Shown: positions 9,934 to 21,640, counted from the stretch's first letter. The stretch is DNA of 64,000 nucleotides from Veleropilina oligotropha (GCA_048128005.1 JBEUKZ010000101.1:62001-126000), one strand, 5' to 3'. Made by a program: numbers and translations. Notes: generated by a model from the letters alone, not told the origin.

Positions 9934-12007
9934 GGCTGCCGGCATTCGCGACGGCCCCAGTTGCCCGCTCCCGCCGGTGGGAGCGTGCCTGTTAGCACAC
10001 AGCCAGCCCTGGCTAGAGCTGACAGACAGCAACTGGGTCCACTTAGTCGTGAGTGCCGGATACAAGTTGGCATTCAACCGGCATCCGACCTTAACCGAGG
10101 CACCACCAACAAGACACGCTCGCCTCCTAAACGGAGAGAAACAAGCGGTCTTAGACCAGGCAGTGCGGGATTTGCTCCTAAAAAGAGCGATATATCCCGC
10201 GCCGCCCAGCACACCAGGATTTTACAGCCATTTCTTCCTGGTCCCGAAACCCGATGGCCGCTGGAGACCGATCCTCGATCTCTCGTACCTAAACAGATAT
10301 CTTCGTACCGAGAAATTCCAGCAAGAAACCCTCTCGAAGATTCGAGCGGCCATCCGTCCGGGCGACTGGGCAGCGTCTATCGATCTCGCCGACGCGTATC
10401 TGCATGTCCCGATGCATATCACGGCTCATCAGTACCTTCGGTTTATACACGGGGAGACGATCTACCAATTCAGGTGCCTACCGTTCGGTCTATCGTCAGC
10501 CCCGTACGTCTTCACGAGAACAGTACAGGCCCTAGGGGCCTTCCTACACTCTCTAGGGCACAGGGTACATATGTACCTCGACGACTGGCTGATCCTCGGG
10601 GCGTCCCGGGATCTGTGCCTCCGGTCTACGAGCTTTACCCTGTCATCGACGAAGCGCCTGGGATTTCAGATCAACGAGACAAAATCCTGCTTCGTGCCCT
10701 CGACGACGTTTACGTTCCTCGGAGTCGACTTCGATACGGTCCGGTACACCGCGAAGCCGACCCAGAAGCGTATGCGGAACCTACGCGCGGTTATCCAAGA
10801 CACCCTGTCATCGGACTTAACTACGGCGCGACAACTGGCCACTGTCCTGGGGCACATCGAGTCGGTAGCGCCCCTGCTACCGACGGGTCGCATGGACAAA
10901 AGACCGTTACAACAGGCGTTCAGGGATCGCTGGATACAACGGACGGGGCAGTGGACGGATCGCATCGATCTACGGCATTGGTTTACCGACACGACAGCAG
11001 TGTGGTTGAACCCCGCTTTGCCGGACCAGTCTGTTCCTATATCCCCACCAGAGCCGAACGCTTACCTGTTCACAGACGCTTCGAACGACGGCTGGGGTGG
11101 TCACCTCGACAGTTACGAGACATCAGGCCTATGGCCGACAGACCTTCAGGGACGACATATCAACTTCCTAGAGTTAGAAGCCGTCTACCTGTCAGTACGG
11201 TCCCTCTCGTTACATCTCCGCAACAAGCACATAATGCTCGCCACGGACAACACGACTGTCGTCGCTTACATACAGCACCAGGGCGGTACTCGCTCGCGTC
11301 CCCTATGCGACCGAGCAATAGACCTACACCGCTTAGTGATGTCCCTCAACTCGACGATTCGAGCCCGACACATCCCGGGAAAGCTGAATGTCAGAGCGGA
11401 TTCGCTCTCTCGGAGATCACAGATTATACACACAGAGTGGACGCTACACAGCCGAGTAGCTCGGGATGTTTGCCGCCGGTGGTCGCAACCCCAAGTCGAT
11501 TTGTTTGCAACAGAATTCAATTACCGACTACCTCTGTATGTCTCCCCGTACCCAGACCCGGCCGCCCTAGCGGTCGACGCACTGTCAATGACATGGGAGA
11601 ATCTGTCCGCGTATGCCTTCCCCCCGACGTGCATTCTATCACTGGTATTACAGAAGGCAGCGACCGAACGTTGCGAGATAACGCTAATAGCGCCCCTGTA
11701 TCGCACGCAACCTTGGTTTCCGACCCTCCTCGATCTGATCGTCGATCGACCGTTAGCGTTACCACAGAAACTAGACCTGTTAATGCAACCACGCACCCGT
11801 GTACTCCACGAGTCGCCGAACCACTTACGTTTACACGCCTGGCGGTTATCGAACGATCCCTTGCTAAGAAAGGATTTTCTAAAGCTACAGCCTTACGTAT
11901 CTATCGATCGAGAAGGATTTCCACGACAAAAGTCCATGACTACCGATGGGTTAAGTACGTGGATTGGTGTCACAGCAGGCAGGTCAATATACTCCGTCCC
12001 CCTGTGA
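9725..12007 (+). CDS. DIRS ORF2: reverse transcriptase, RNase H and adenine-methyltransferase-like domain
   Basis: RT motifs FYSHFFLVPKPDGRWRPILDL, IDLADAYLHVP, LPFGLSSAP, YLDDWLI. RNase H motifs FTDASNDGWG, HINFLELEAV, TDNTT, HIPGKLNVRADSLSR. MT-like motifs VDLFAT and YAFPP. The true start is uncertain. Confidence 0.95.
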   Translation: MPSRRQYCSPSGVHLPTRRSAPGPPRPRSLLSVRSPLRVVGLRPINPLQRGKHLQRNPASRAGEGSLGPRAAGIRDGPSCPLPPVGACLLAHSQPWLELTDSNWVHLVVSAGYKLAFNRHPTLTEAPPTRHARLLNGEKQAVLDQAVRDLLLKRAIYPAPPSTPGFYSHFFLVPKPDGRWRPILDLSYLNRYLRTEKFQQETLSKIRAAIRPGDWAASIDLADAYLHVPMHITAHQYLRFIHGETIYQFRCLPFGLSSAPYVFTRTVQALGAFLHSLGHRVHMYLDDWLILGASRDLCLRSTSFTLSSTKRLGFQINETKSCFVPSTTFTFLGVDFDTVRYTAKPTQKRMRNLRAVIQDTLSSDLTTARQLATVLGHIESVAPLLPTGRMDKRPLQQAFRDRWIQRTGQWTDRIDLRHWFTDTTAVWLNPALPDQSVPISPPEPNAYLFTDASNDGWGGHLDSYETSGLWPTDLQGRHINFLELEAVYLSVRSLSLHLRNKHIMLATDNTTVVAYIQHQGGTRSRPLCDRAIDLHRLVMSLNSTIRARHIPGKLNVRADSLSRRSQIIHTEWTLHSRVARDVCRRWSQPQVDLFATEFNYRLPLYVSPYPDPAALAVDALSMTWENLSAYAFPPTCILSLVLQKAATERCEITLIAPLYRTQPWFPTLLDLIVDRPLALPQKLDLLMQPRTRVLHESPNHLRLHAWRLSNDPLLRKDFLKLQPYVSIDREGFPRQKSMTTDGLSTWIGVTAGRSIYSVPL

Positions 12008-12918
12008 ACAAGTTTATCGAGTTTTTATCGTCGCTCTTCGACCGCGGTATGTCAGTGTCCGCCGTCAAAGGCTATCGGGCAACGATCGCGACCACGTTAA
12101 AACAGTGTCGTGCCCATGCCGGCCTATCAAGCGACCGAACGATATCAGATTTTATACGATCTTACGAACTCGAGATACCGACCCGAAAAATTAAGCCACC
12201 TGCTTGGAATATCGTACTTATTCTTAACGCATTACTCTTACCCCCGTATGAGCCGATGTCCGAGATAACCATGAGGAACTTGACGCACAAAACGGTTTTT
12301 CTGATCGCCTTAGCGTCGGGCAGGCGTTGTTCCGAGATTCATGCTTTCTCCTCCGAGCTAAGAGATATACGATTCCAGTCAGACGGGTCGGTGATACTGC
12401 GTCCTATTCTTGGCTTTCTAGCCAAGAACCAACGGCCGAACGAGGACGCACCCGATGTTGTTATTCCCAAGCTAACGCTAGTCGGAAGGCACGATGCAGA
12501 CCGCCTCAATTGCCCGGTACGGGCGCTTCGCTTCTACCTCGACAGAACCCGTGAAATGCGGACAGGGAAATTACGTTTATTCATATCGTATTTGCCTACC
12601 TACACCCGCGACATTACGAGGACAACTGTTTCGCGGTGGATTTCACAAACTGTGAGAGATGTTTACATCCGTTGTGATGACGACGACCGAACTATTTTAT
12701 CGGTCCGCGCACATGAAGTCCGGGCAATTGCCGCGTCTGTAGCATTCCGACATAATTTAAATATCAATGCGTTACTTCAGGCTGGATATTGGAAAAACGC
12801 TAATGTGTTTGTCAAACATTATCTGCGGGACTACTCAACAAGTGCTGATGGCTTGAGCAGCTTACAGTGTGTTGCTGCACAAAGAGTTATTGTTAGACCG
12901 AGGTCTTCTAATCAGTAA
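9961..12918 (+). CDS. DIRS ORF3: tyrosine recombinase in the C-terminal third, overlapping ORF2
   Basis: Catalytic motifs LASGRRCSEIHA (R), CPVRALRFY, AHEVRAIA (HxxR) and W.NANVFVKHY (Y), preceded by a SAM-like core-binding region. The real start is uncertain. Confidence 0.92.
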   Translation: MPAPAGGSVPVSTQPALARADRQQLGPLSRECRIQVGIQPASDLNRGTTNKTRSPPKRRETSGLRPGSAGFAPKKSDISRAAQHTRILQPFLPGPETRWPLETDPRSLVPKQISSYREIPARNPLEDSSGHPSGRLGSVYRSRRRVSACPDAYHGSSVPSVYTRGDDLPIQVPTVRSIVSPVRLHENSTGPRGLPTLSRAQGTYVPRRLADPRGVPGSVPPVYELYPVIDEAPGISDQRDKILLRALDDVYVPRSRLRYGPVHREADPEAYAEPTRGYPRHPVIGLNYGATTGHCPGAHRVGSAPATDGSHGQKTVTTGVQGSLDTTDGAVDGSHRSTALVYRHDSSVVEPRFAGPVCSYIPTRAERLPVHRRFERRLGWSPRQLRDIRPMADRPSGTTYQLPRVRSRLPVSTVPLVTSPQQAHNARHGQHDCRRLHTAPGRYSLASPMRPSNRPTPLSDVPQLDDSSPTHPGKAECQSGFALSEITDYTHRVDATQPSSSGCLPPVVATPSRFVCNRIQLPTTSVCLPVPRPGRPSGRRTVNDMGESVRVCLPPDVHSITGITEGSDRTLRDNANSAPVSHATLVSDPPRSDRRSTVSVTTETRPVNATTHPCTPRVAEPLTFTRLAVIERSLAKKGFSKATALRIYRSRRISTTKVHDYRWVKYVDWCHSRQVNILRPPVNKFIEFLSSLFDRGMSVSAVKGYRATIATTLKQCRAHAGLSSDRTISDFIRSYELEIPTRKIKPPAWNIVLILNALLLPPYEPMSEITMRNLTHKTVFLIALASGRRCSEIHAFSSELRDIRFQSDGSVILRPILGFLAKNQRPNEDAPDVVIPKLTLVGRHDADRLNCPVRALRFYLDRTREMRTGKLRLFISYLPTYTRDITRTTVSRWISQTVRDVYIRCDDDDRTILSVRAHEVRAIAASVAFRHNLNINALLQAGYWKNANVFVKHYLRDYSTSADGLSSLQCVAAQRVIVRPRSSNQ

Positions 12919-13751
12919 GTATTGTTCTCTGATTGATCATTTGCATATTTACTGACGCCATTTTATTTTTGTTGGCCAAACGGTGCTATAAAATTAACAC
13001 CTATGAGGCAGTTCAATGTCTGTTCATTTCTTAAATCTAATTTAAGATTTTGTACTTTTCATGTCAGACCTGAGTGTTGACGGCCAGATTACATTGAATT
13101 TAATAAAACAACTTTTATAATTTTGCACAAATCTTAAAAAAGATTGAGGTTCAATATTATTATGTTCTTTGCTGTAATCGAACATACGATGTTCAATACA
13201 TTAAAAAATGTTGATTCCTTAACATTTATTTTTAAGTAACATGTCGAACATTTTTGCTTCCTTAAAATTTATTTTAAGTGACATGTCGTCCATGTTAGCG
13301 TTCGCAAGTTGGTCATGCGAATTACTTATTAATATCGATTATTTATAATAATCTATTAATTCTTTGCTTTTGATTTAAAGCTTTCACAACCTGTTAGGTT
13401 CCGTGTGCTTACAAATCCGACTGCATCCTCTGGCTACCGGCCTATAGGCCCGGAGTCCCATTTGGCTGCCACTGGTCCATGACACGTAAGACCTACAGGG
13501 ATTTATCCTTCCGGCCGTGCCTGGGGCTGATTGCACTTCCGTTCACCTCGTCCGACTAATACCACGGCGTATTCTCCCGGTAACACTGGTCGAAATTCTC
13601 GCTTGGTAAGAGTAGAATATAATACTCAGTAAAATTCCACTCTAGGCGGACACAATCGACGCTTCATGCTGATTGAATTGGTGACAAGTAAGTCATTATC
13701 TTGTTTGGGTTTGTTGTAAGGAACGTCTTACCCACCTATCCAAGGTTATTC

Positions 13752-13842
13752 TGGCAAGAGTAAGGACGTAAGTATGTTTGTAACTACATATGAGGTTTTA
13801 ATTTAAACCTAATATTAGTATAAAACATACTTACGTCCTTAC
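13752..13842. other. DIRS internal complementary region (ICR)
   Basis: The first half is the reverse complement of the left tip (tatgtagttacaaacatac...cttgcca). The second half is the reverse complement of the right tip (gtaaggacg...ttaaaacctcat). Confidence 0.95.
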
Positions 13843-13903
13843 CACGATTACCCACCCTGCGTTTCGCATTCCTCCCCTCTACTACGTTCCTTTGTGGTTT
13901 TTG

Positions 13904-14119
13904 AACTTTGAATTGATGTCATGTGACTTCTATGGTTCAGAAGTCTCGCGAGACTTGGCGAGATCTCGCGGGGGAACGTGGGGGAGGGGGAGCAGGGGAG
14001 GTAACCGTGGTACGTTTTTGCGTCTTTGACTTATTAATAGTGCATAATGTGACTTATTCACTGTTTCCGGTTAGCAATAATATTACTATTATGGCAAGAG
14101 TAAGGACGTAAGTATGTTT
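13904..14119. repeat. DIRS right ITR, followed by a right extension to 14152
   Basis: Reverse complement of 6690-6905. Confidence 0.95.
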
Positions 14120-16279
14120 TATACTAATATTAGGTTTAAATTAAAACCTCATTGTTGTAAGATAGTGTCATTCAAGAAACAGTTGCATGATAAGATTCAG
14201 AAATGTATATTATTACACGGGTGAGTAATGAGTATATACACTTCACATTGTTGATGGGTACTGGATCAATGAAGCCTGCATTTACATAGGATGTTTCATC
14301 TGGAATATCTATATCTCCATCTTCTAATCGTCGGAGCGTATGATAGACTTGGTCAAAAGTATTTCCATACATATATATATATATCATGTTCTTGCCAGCT
14401 CTATCAAAATTGTTGATTTCAAAAGTATGAAGCACAATTAACATGGCAACAGTTTGTCTTTTTATAATACAGATGATGAGAAGGGTTCGCGATTATCTTC
14501 ACAATATATTATAAATACTATATTTATATATATATATATACAGTAACAATTAAAAGGAGAGTAAAAAATGTGATGTGATGAAAGAACAGAGACATATTTC
14601 AACATATCTACTTTGAATTGTGCCTATTTAATGAATTTACATTTTTTTGCTTATCAATAAAATTATCCATTGTAAAATTATTCTCAAGAAGCTTGGAAGT
14701 TTCGATTTTACAACATATAATAATATCGTAATGTCAAAATCTGTGTCACGCCGGCATGCTGGGAAAATTGTGATTCAGAACCGGCTAAATCGTAAAAGCA
14801 TCGTTTCGATACGACTATTGCATTTTAAAAATCGTTTGCTGTATCATACAAAAATACTCATAAAACATAGCTCTGTGTAATGAAGTAAAACGCTATATGT
14901 TTTTAGTATTTGCCATGACAATCGGCTGACCTGATTTGCTCAGCGCTAAACCGCTCGGCCATTGCTCCGAGTGGGTAAACAAAATTACGTAGTGTCGCGT
15001 TAATATACACGCCAGAAATTGCATTTTTTGAAAATATGTGGTATATATACATATCTTAGTAACTGATCTAACTGTTAAATCCATGGGGACTAGCAACAGG
15101 TGATCTTCGGTCAGTCCAGGCTCACGGGGCGGTCCGGTGTATATACGTTTGTAAAGCCAATACAACTACGTACCCATCACGTGTGTCGGTTTTCAATAGT
15201 GGGGGGGGAGATTACAAGAAAGTACCGAATATACTGTTAGAGATGGAGGTCGACATAAAAACGATCCGGAACTGACACATCCGGAACCGGCTAAACGACT
15301 GTATCAGAACTGAAGTTTATGGCACTGGGTCACACTAAAAAGCACATGGGAGTAAAAATGTATATCGTTACCAAGAGCATTTATTCCTTAAAAATAATGA
15401 ATATTACAGTATATGACACGAGTTGAAATAATGTATATTTAAATTAAATAAAAAAATTGCTGGAGTTACAATTTATATGTGGGTGACGTCTATGTATTAA
15501 TGGGTTATCTTTTCTAAGACCATACCATTCATCTAAAATACTGATTATATCCATTATAACTGAATTTAATAAAAAATTTAAAAATAACAAATATATACAC
15601 AACAAAAATACATATAAATTTATTTTATTGTATGCTGTCGCTGTAGCACAACGCATTGTCCGAAGATGTTAGAGATATATTAATTTGTATTAAGCATTAC
15701 AACTGTATCTTTTTGGAGATGGGGGTTATTGGAGATCAAAAATCTTATATATAAAGTTAATATTAAATACATAAAATCTACTTTTACATGATCATTAAAT
15801 TTAAGAATATATGACTTTTTAAAGATATAGTATTATACATATATAATTTTAAATCCTGGGTTACTCTGGGCACTTTATAAAGTGAAAGTTTATCAACAAA
15901 AAGATGTCACTAATGACTATAAGGTCCAACCCGTTTGCAAGCAAACACTTTCAAGATTGATACAGACAAGGACAGTCCAGTTGAATAATCACCAAAATCC
16001 TTAAAAATCACAATTAAGATCTGTTTCCAATCTGTCTCCTGGAGTCCGAGATCACAACATGTGTGTTACCACATAAATGCATCTTGTGATGCAAAGTTCC
16101 AGAAGCAGTGAAATGCAAAAATTATGAAATAATACTAATTATGGAGATTTTGACAAGGAGTGAATTGAGGTTTGTTACCACGCATCATGTTGCAAATACT
16201 ACACAAAGAGTATCTTTGGTGATAATGAAATCTGTGGAAGACAACTCTCTAATTCATTTGATGTGTTTGTTCAGATATA

Positions 16280-16541
16280 GATGGATGGATTGATGCTAAA
16301 TCAGTAAATGTCATGTATATTTACAACCATCAGATTGAAGGTTGGTCACATGTCCATATTATCGTTGGTGGAAAGCCCAGGGAAACCCGCCCTCTCAGGC
16401 CAGTTACAGACAACTGTGATTGATAACTGAACAAGGAATGTGAATGTGCCAGCTGAGATTTGATCAAAGTTCTGTTAGTTAGCGCAATCGAGCCAGTGAT
16501 TTCAGAATCGGCACTCGATACCACACGACTACCGGGCGGCC
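16280..16541 (-). mobile_element. Diverged copy of the tRNA-derived V-domain-like SINE family
   Basis: Aligns by eye to the copies at 25028, 35667 and 39161 (ggccgc head, cagttgtc.gt.actggcc, gggtttcc, ggacatg, aaatataca.gacatt, (CCAT)n tail). Further fragments lie at about 2330-2490, 17070-17250, 20850-20970 and 21310-21385. Confidence 0.7.
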
Positions 16542-17500
16542 AGATATCATAGAGATAAGGCTCATTGAGAATGGTGATATATATTATTGAAAATAACCAC
16601 TCAAACAAATAATCTTTTCATTGAAGCAGTGGTTGATACAGAAGGAATTGTGATCAGTGGTCATAAGCTTCAGTGAAGGCTATAAGATTGCTACATAAAT
16701 ACCCCAATCCGAAATTTATTCCACCAATATCAAAATGCTGTCGCAACGTCAATGGCTTTATTTAATCAATATACATATATTGTATGTTTATGCCTAGAAA
16801 CTAATAGTAGTTAATATCAAAAGAGCTGTGTTTAAAGTTTTAATAAATGGATACTTTTATTTAAATTGGCCAGTTTATAACAGATAGAAGGCACAGAATT
16901 TGGGGAGAGTCGATACAATATCAACCCGTTTTGCTATAATTGATCACACATCAGGAGTAATGACTCCACCTCGCATCTGTCGTCACTAATTATATTTCCA
17001 CAGGTTAGGGGTAGCAAGTCAATGACCCTCTGTAGTAATGTAAATCATGGCGCAACTAATAAAAGGAAATCGATGCTTCATGTCCTGTATATTTTCAACC
17101 ATCATTTGCTTCAAAGTAGGACATGTCCATATTATCGTGGAGGAAAGCCCTGTCTCCCGGAGAAACTCTCCCTCTTCGACAGTTACGGACAACTGAAATT
17201 CTTAACTTAAACAAATGTGTGCTGCCGCTGCCGACGTTTTAATCCACTACTAATAACAGAAATAATAAATACATGATGGCATTGTCATCAGCCTGAACCT
17301 ACTAGTATGTTCACAAATCCTTTAAATTGGAAACCTGTCTAATAATTCAGGGGTCAAGCTGGGTGAAATTGACATGGGGGAGTGACTTCTCTTTAAGAGC
17401 CAACAAGGAGAAATCAGAGCTGACAGAGAGAAGTGACATTATATTGTAAATTACGCATCTACGAAATAAAAAAAACATTACAAAATTTGTGTAATTATTG

Positions 17501-18227
17501 TTTTTAGCTCGACTATTCTAAAATAGTACGAGCTATTGCAGTCACCCTGTCGTCGGCGTTGGCGTCAAACTTCAGGTTAACATTTTGCATGAAGGGTCTT
17601 TTCTCACAAATTTTTCAAACTACAACTTTCAAACTTCATACACTTGTTCAATGTCATTATGCGACCTTACATATTAGGCGTAATAACTCTGGCTTCGTTG
17701 TTTTACCAAATTATTCCCCTTTTTCGACTTACAAGTCAGATTAATGTTTTGCATGAAGGGTCTTTTCTCACAATTTTTTCACACTACACCTTTCAAACTT
17801 CATACACTTGTTCAACGTCATTATGCGACCTTACATTACAGGCGTAATAAATCTGGCTTCGTTATTTTACCAAATTATTCCCCTTTTCCGACTTAGACAA
17901 TTCAGGTTAATGTTTTGCATGAAGGGCCTTTTCTCACAAAGTCAACTTCAGGTTAACATTTTGCATGAAGGGCCTTTTCTCACAAAGTGTTCACACTACA
18001 GCCTTGAAACTTCATACGCTTGTCACATCATTATGCGAACTTGCAATACAAGGGCCATAACTCTAGCTTCATTTTTGCCAAATTATTTCCATTTTGCGAC
18101 TTAGATAATTCAGGTTAATGTTTTGCATGAAGGGCCTTTTCTCACAAACTGTTCACACTACAGCCTTGAAAGTTCATCGATCTAGCTTTTGATAGTCGAG
18201 CATGCTGTCCTTCTGACAGCTCTTGTT
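17501..18227 (+). mobile_element. Helentron-associated non-autonomous element (HINE/DINE-like) with internal ~160-bp repeats
   Basis: T-rich ends, subterminal inverted repeats gctcgacta...tagtcgagc, a 3' hairpin gctgtc-cttct-gacagc, and tandem units starting ttcaggttaa..ttttgcatgaaggg. Confidence 0.75.
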
Positions 18228-19003
18228 AATTTCATTGTGTATTAAATATATTTTTACAACTTTGTTTATAATTATGTACCGGTATTGTTTATAATTGTAT
18301 TCAATTTAATAAAATGTATATGTAAATTTAAAATAATAAAAAATAGAAATTTACATTAAATAAAGTGTTATATATTTGCTTGATTTCCATTGATCAAGAA
18401 TCCGACTAAAATCAAATTTCTACATGATCGGTCCATCAATGTTCATTATCGTTCGTTTGTTTCATACTGAGGATGGTGATATTTTGTGGAAATCCCCTTT
18501 TGACATAGCCTAGTTACATTGGATATTGGTAAAGGGCGACAACTTTCACTTTTAATATAAAGCATGTATTCCCCGATATCGTTATCTGACATGCATTCAT
18601 TGTGAACAAAATACAATTGTTAACTTTGAAAAAAACCCGACAGTATTTTCATTGTTACCGCAAAATTAATTACCAAAACTAATTTTTATTGCGTGCCTAT
18701 AATCACGAAACAGCCGAAGTGCGATCTTGAACAACCGTGATTAGAATTGTGTAAGCCACTTGGAAACAATGGCTGCTTTGTTTACCATGTGGTGAATTGT
18801 GTCGATAGATTATTTGGTAGCAAAAAATACGCTGTATTACGGAAATTTCATACCGACAATGTAGAATGTGTCGCGCAATTCATCGGTATGTCTTTGTTTT
18901 GTGAATAAATATAGGCTTACGTAATTAGCCAGAACCATTTTTAAGTTGTCGCAAAAATTCGAATGAAAAAGTGCTATCCAAGATGGCGTTAGATTTTAAT
19001 ATA

Positions 19004-20527
19004 TACCGAGTCAAAAAATAAACTTCACAAAATGTAATTTGAAAAAGTAATGAATAATTTTTCTCTGATGATACATCTATGTATCCGAAATGGGATCCCT
19101 ATCTTTCGACGCTAGAAAAACGTTAGCAAACCCCCCTCAAACTCATCCATTCCTCGTGCAAATGATGTTAGTGCCAAATCAGGTTTTGCACGTGCAGTCG
19201 GTCACGTAATCTTCACATCGATGTTGGTTTCATTTGCACTTGTTTGCATTGGCCTCAGGAATTGAAAAAAACACTTTTAAACCACGGTTCTAACGGTACT
19301 TTAAATGCCACGATTGTCAAATGTGCAACGTGAACGTGCCGTTGGCATGTTACACGCGGGAAGATCAGTTATTGACGTCGCAAGAGCAATGGGATGCAGC
19401 CGTCGTACTGTGTATGACTTGCGAATTCATCTACAAGAAACTGGCACCACTTCTGATCGCCCAAGGTCGGGTCGTCCACGTGTAACGTCACGAGCAGAAG
19501 ACCGTTACATCGTCCTACGTCACCTACGTGACAGATTTATGCCGGCTGCACGAACCAGGGCTGAGATGTTTAGAGGTCGACTGTCCTCACAGACCATTCG
19601 AAATCGGTTGCGGGCTGCCAATCTCCATCCTCGACGTCAATATCGTGGGCCAATATTTACGCCATTTCATCGACGTCAACGTCTGCTGTGGACCCAACGT
19701 CACCTCCGATGGACCCAAAGAGACTGGAATCGAGTCGTCTTTAGCGATGAATCAAGGTTTACCCTCAGATTCGCGGACGGCAGGCATAGAGTCTGGAGAC
19801 GACGTCGTGAACGGTATGCCCAGTGTTGTGTGCAGGAAGTGGACATATTCGGGGGCGGAAGTTGCATGGTGTGGGGTGCTTTCTGTGGGAACAACCGTTC
19901 TCGACTTCTGGTCATTCGTGGAAACATCACAGCTGCTGCTTATCGCGACCAGGTGCTCACCCCTGAACTCGTTCCTTTCATGGCGGCTCATGGCCCAGGT
20001 CTACATTTCCAGCATGATAATGCGCTGCCGCATACCGCGATGTTGACACGAAATTTCCTTCAAAACGCTGGAATCAATGTCATGGACTGGCCCCTGACCT
20101 TAATCCAATCGAGCACGTTTGGGATGCACTTGGGAGAAGGCTTCGTGGTCTTAGACACCAACCACAGAATTTGCAGGAACTTGGCGCTGCCTTGCAAGAG
20201 CAATGGCGCAGAATCCCCAACCACGTGTTCACAAACATCAGGCGGTCGATGAGGAGACAGTGTTTGGCAGTGGTGAATGCGCGAGGCGGCCATACACGAT
20301 ATTGAACTGAGAAATTTCAAATTTCTATTCTTGTGACTTGACATTCTGTATACACATGTTTTGGAACGGCGGTGTAGCCTAATGGAACTGATTGTGGCAC
20401 TGTCAGTGTATCGAGTACATCACACACATCTCAGCAATGAAATAATAACAATTTAACCATTTTACCATCTCTTGTTCTTTTTTAGTGCCCAGAAGAAAGA
20501 ATGTGAAGTTTCTTTTTTGACTCTGTA
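19004..20527 (+). mobile_element. Tc1/mariner (DD34E) transposon, copy 1
   Basis: About 26-bp TIRs (taccgagtcaaaaaataaacttcaca ... tgtgaagtttcttttttgactctgta) in a TA context, enclosing a transposase gene. Confidence 0.93.
19305..20305 (+). pseudogene. Tc1 transposase, frameshifted by a 10-bp deletion at WPSRSPD
   Basis: Paired-like HTH, RSGRPR, FSDES, FQHDNA. Relative to copy 2 it lacks atcaaggtcc near 20092, so the LNPIEH tail continues in another frame to the TGA at 20305. Confidence 0.9.
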
Positions 20528-21640
20528 TACTATGAAAGCGAGTTTTAATAATTCTCGCTAATTAAACATTTTTAGTACATATCTCTTTGTGTTTGCTTCA
20601 TGATGATGTGTGACTGTTTGATTAGCGTTAAAGCATAGGCGACATCAAGGCGAAGTGGACTTCGCTTTTTGGTCGAACCTTAGCGAAGTCGGACATTTCA
20701 GAGCGACTTCTTCGCCCTGTAGCGTGACCCCTGTAATATGGACTGAAGTGCTTGTTAACAAAAAGTGCACTGTAAAGGATACTCTATTTGGGCTATTAAA
20801 GCAAGAATAATAATCTAAACGTAGCAGATATAGCTGTGATTTTGTTCATATTATTGCTGGAGGAAAGCCCACGTCAAGACCAGTTTTGGACAACTGAGAA
20901 TTCGAACTCATTCTTGATAGAGAGAAGTCAAGTGAATAAATTGAGAGCCCACAATCGTGTCACCTCGCCGACCGGTACATCACGATATAGCTCTACTTTC
21001 ATTACCAACGACTCTCTTGATGATGCAAAGTGTACATGTTTAACATTATCCTGAGACAGCAAGTCGACGTACCCTGTGAGCATCATCAGACGAGATGAAC
21101 ATCTTACATTAAGCCTGCCATTCTCTACAATCAATTTATTATTTAAGCATATCAATAATGTCTTATGTCAATACTTATAACATTATAATATCATTATTCA
21201 AATTGCAAAGTAACCTGGATATTTTAAAAGCTGATTGTCTACCGCATGTATACACGAAACAAATAGAAACATTTTTACCGTACATAATTTACAAAGTTTA
21301 AATATCATAAATGGATGGATTGATGCTTAATGTTCTGTATATTTACAACCATCGGATTCAAGGCAGGACAGGTCCATATTATCCGTGCGCTCTCTCCGTT
21401 ACCAAGTAAACATATAGTGTGACATGGTTTTTTATTAAACATCACGAGACGTAGTTTTAACCCATGTAACGTCACGGATTTGCAAAAATGGGAGAAAAAT
21501 TACGTTGCGATATTTAATCAAAATTTACTAATATTTCCTTCTATTATATTATTTTAGACTTTATTGATATGTTATTATATAGGCCTAAATCTTTCTAATA
21601 AATTATCTGTTGCTATTTTATCTTGTTTAAAGAAGGGCCA

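Larger units (their letters stand above)
6680..14152 (+). mobile_element. Full-length DIRS-type tyrosine-recombinase retrotransposon
   Basis: Has 216-bp inverted terminal repeats (6690-6905 and 13904-14119), an ICR at 13752-13842, and three long overlapping ORFs (gag, RT/RH/MT, YR). An AT dinucleotide lies at both junctions. Confidence 0.95.
17348..20733. mobile_element. Possible old non-autonomous hAT-like element hosting the HINE and the Tc1 copy
   Basis: CAGGGGTCAAGCT at 17348 matches the reverse complement of AGCGTGACCCCTG ending at 20733 (12/13). The flanking 8-mers taataatt and taatatgg match only 5/8. Confidence 0.3.

Noticed and set aside
7682..12554. Numerous short alternative-frame and antisense ORFs in the DIRS body
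   Set aside because: Expected in GC-rich, stop-poor overlapping coding DNA; they contain no recognisable motifs.
9725..12918. RT + methyltransferase + integrase as a novel retron-, phage- or DGR-like system
   Set aside because: This domain set with ITRs and an ICR is the established DIRS architecture.
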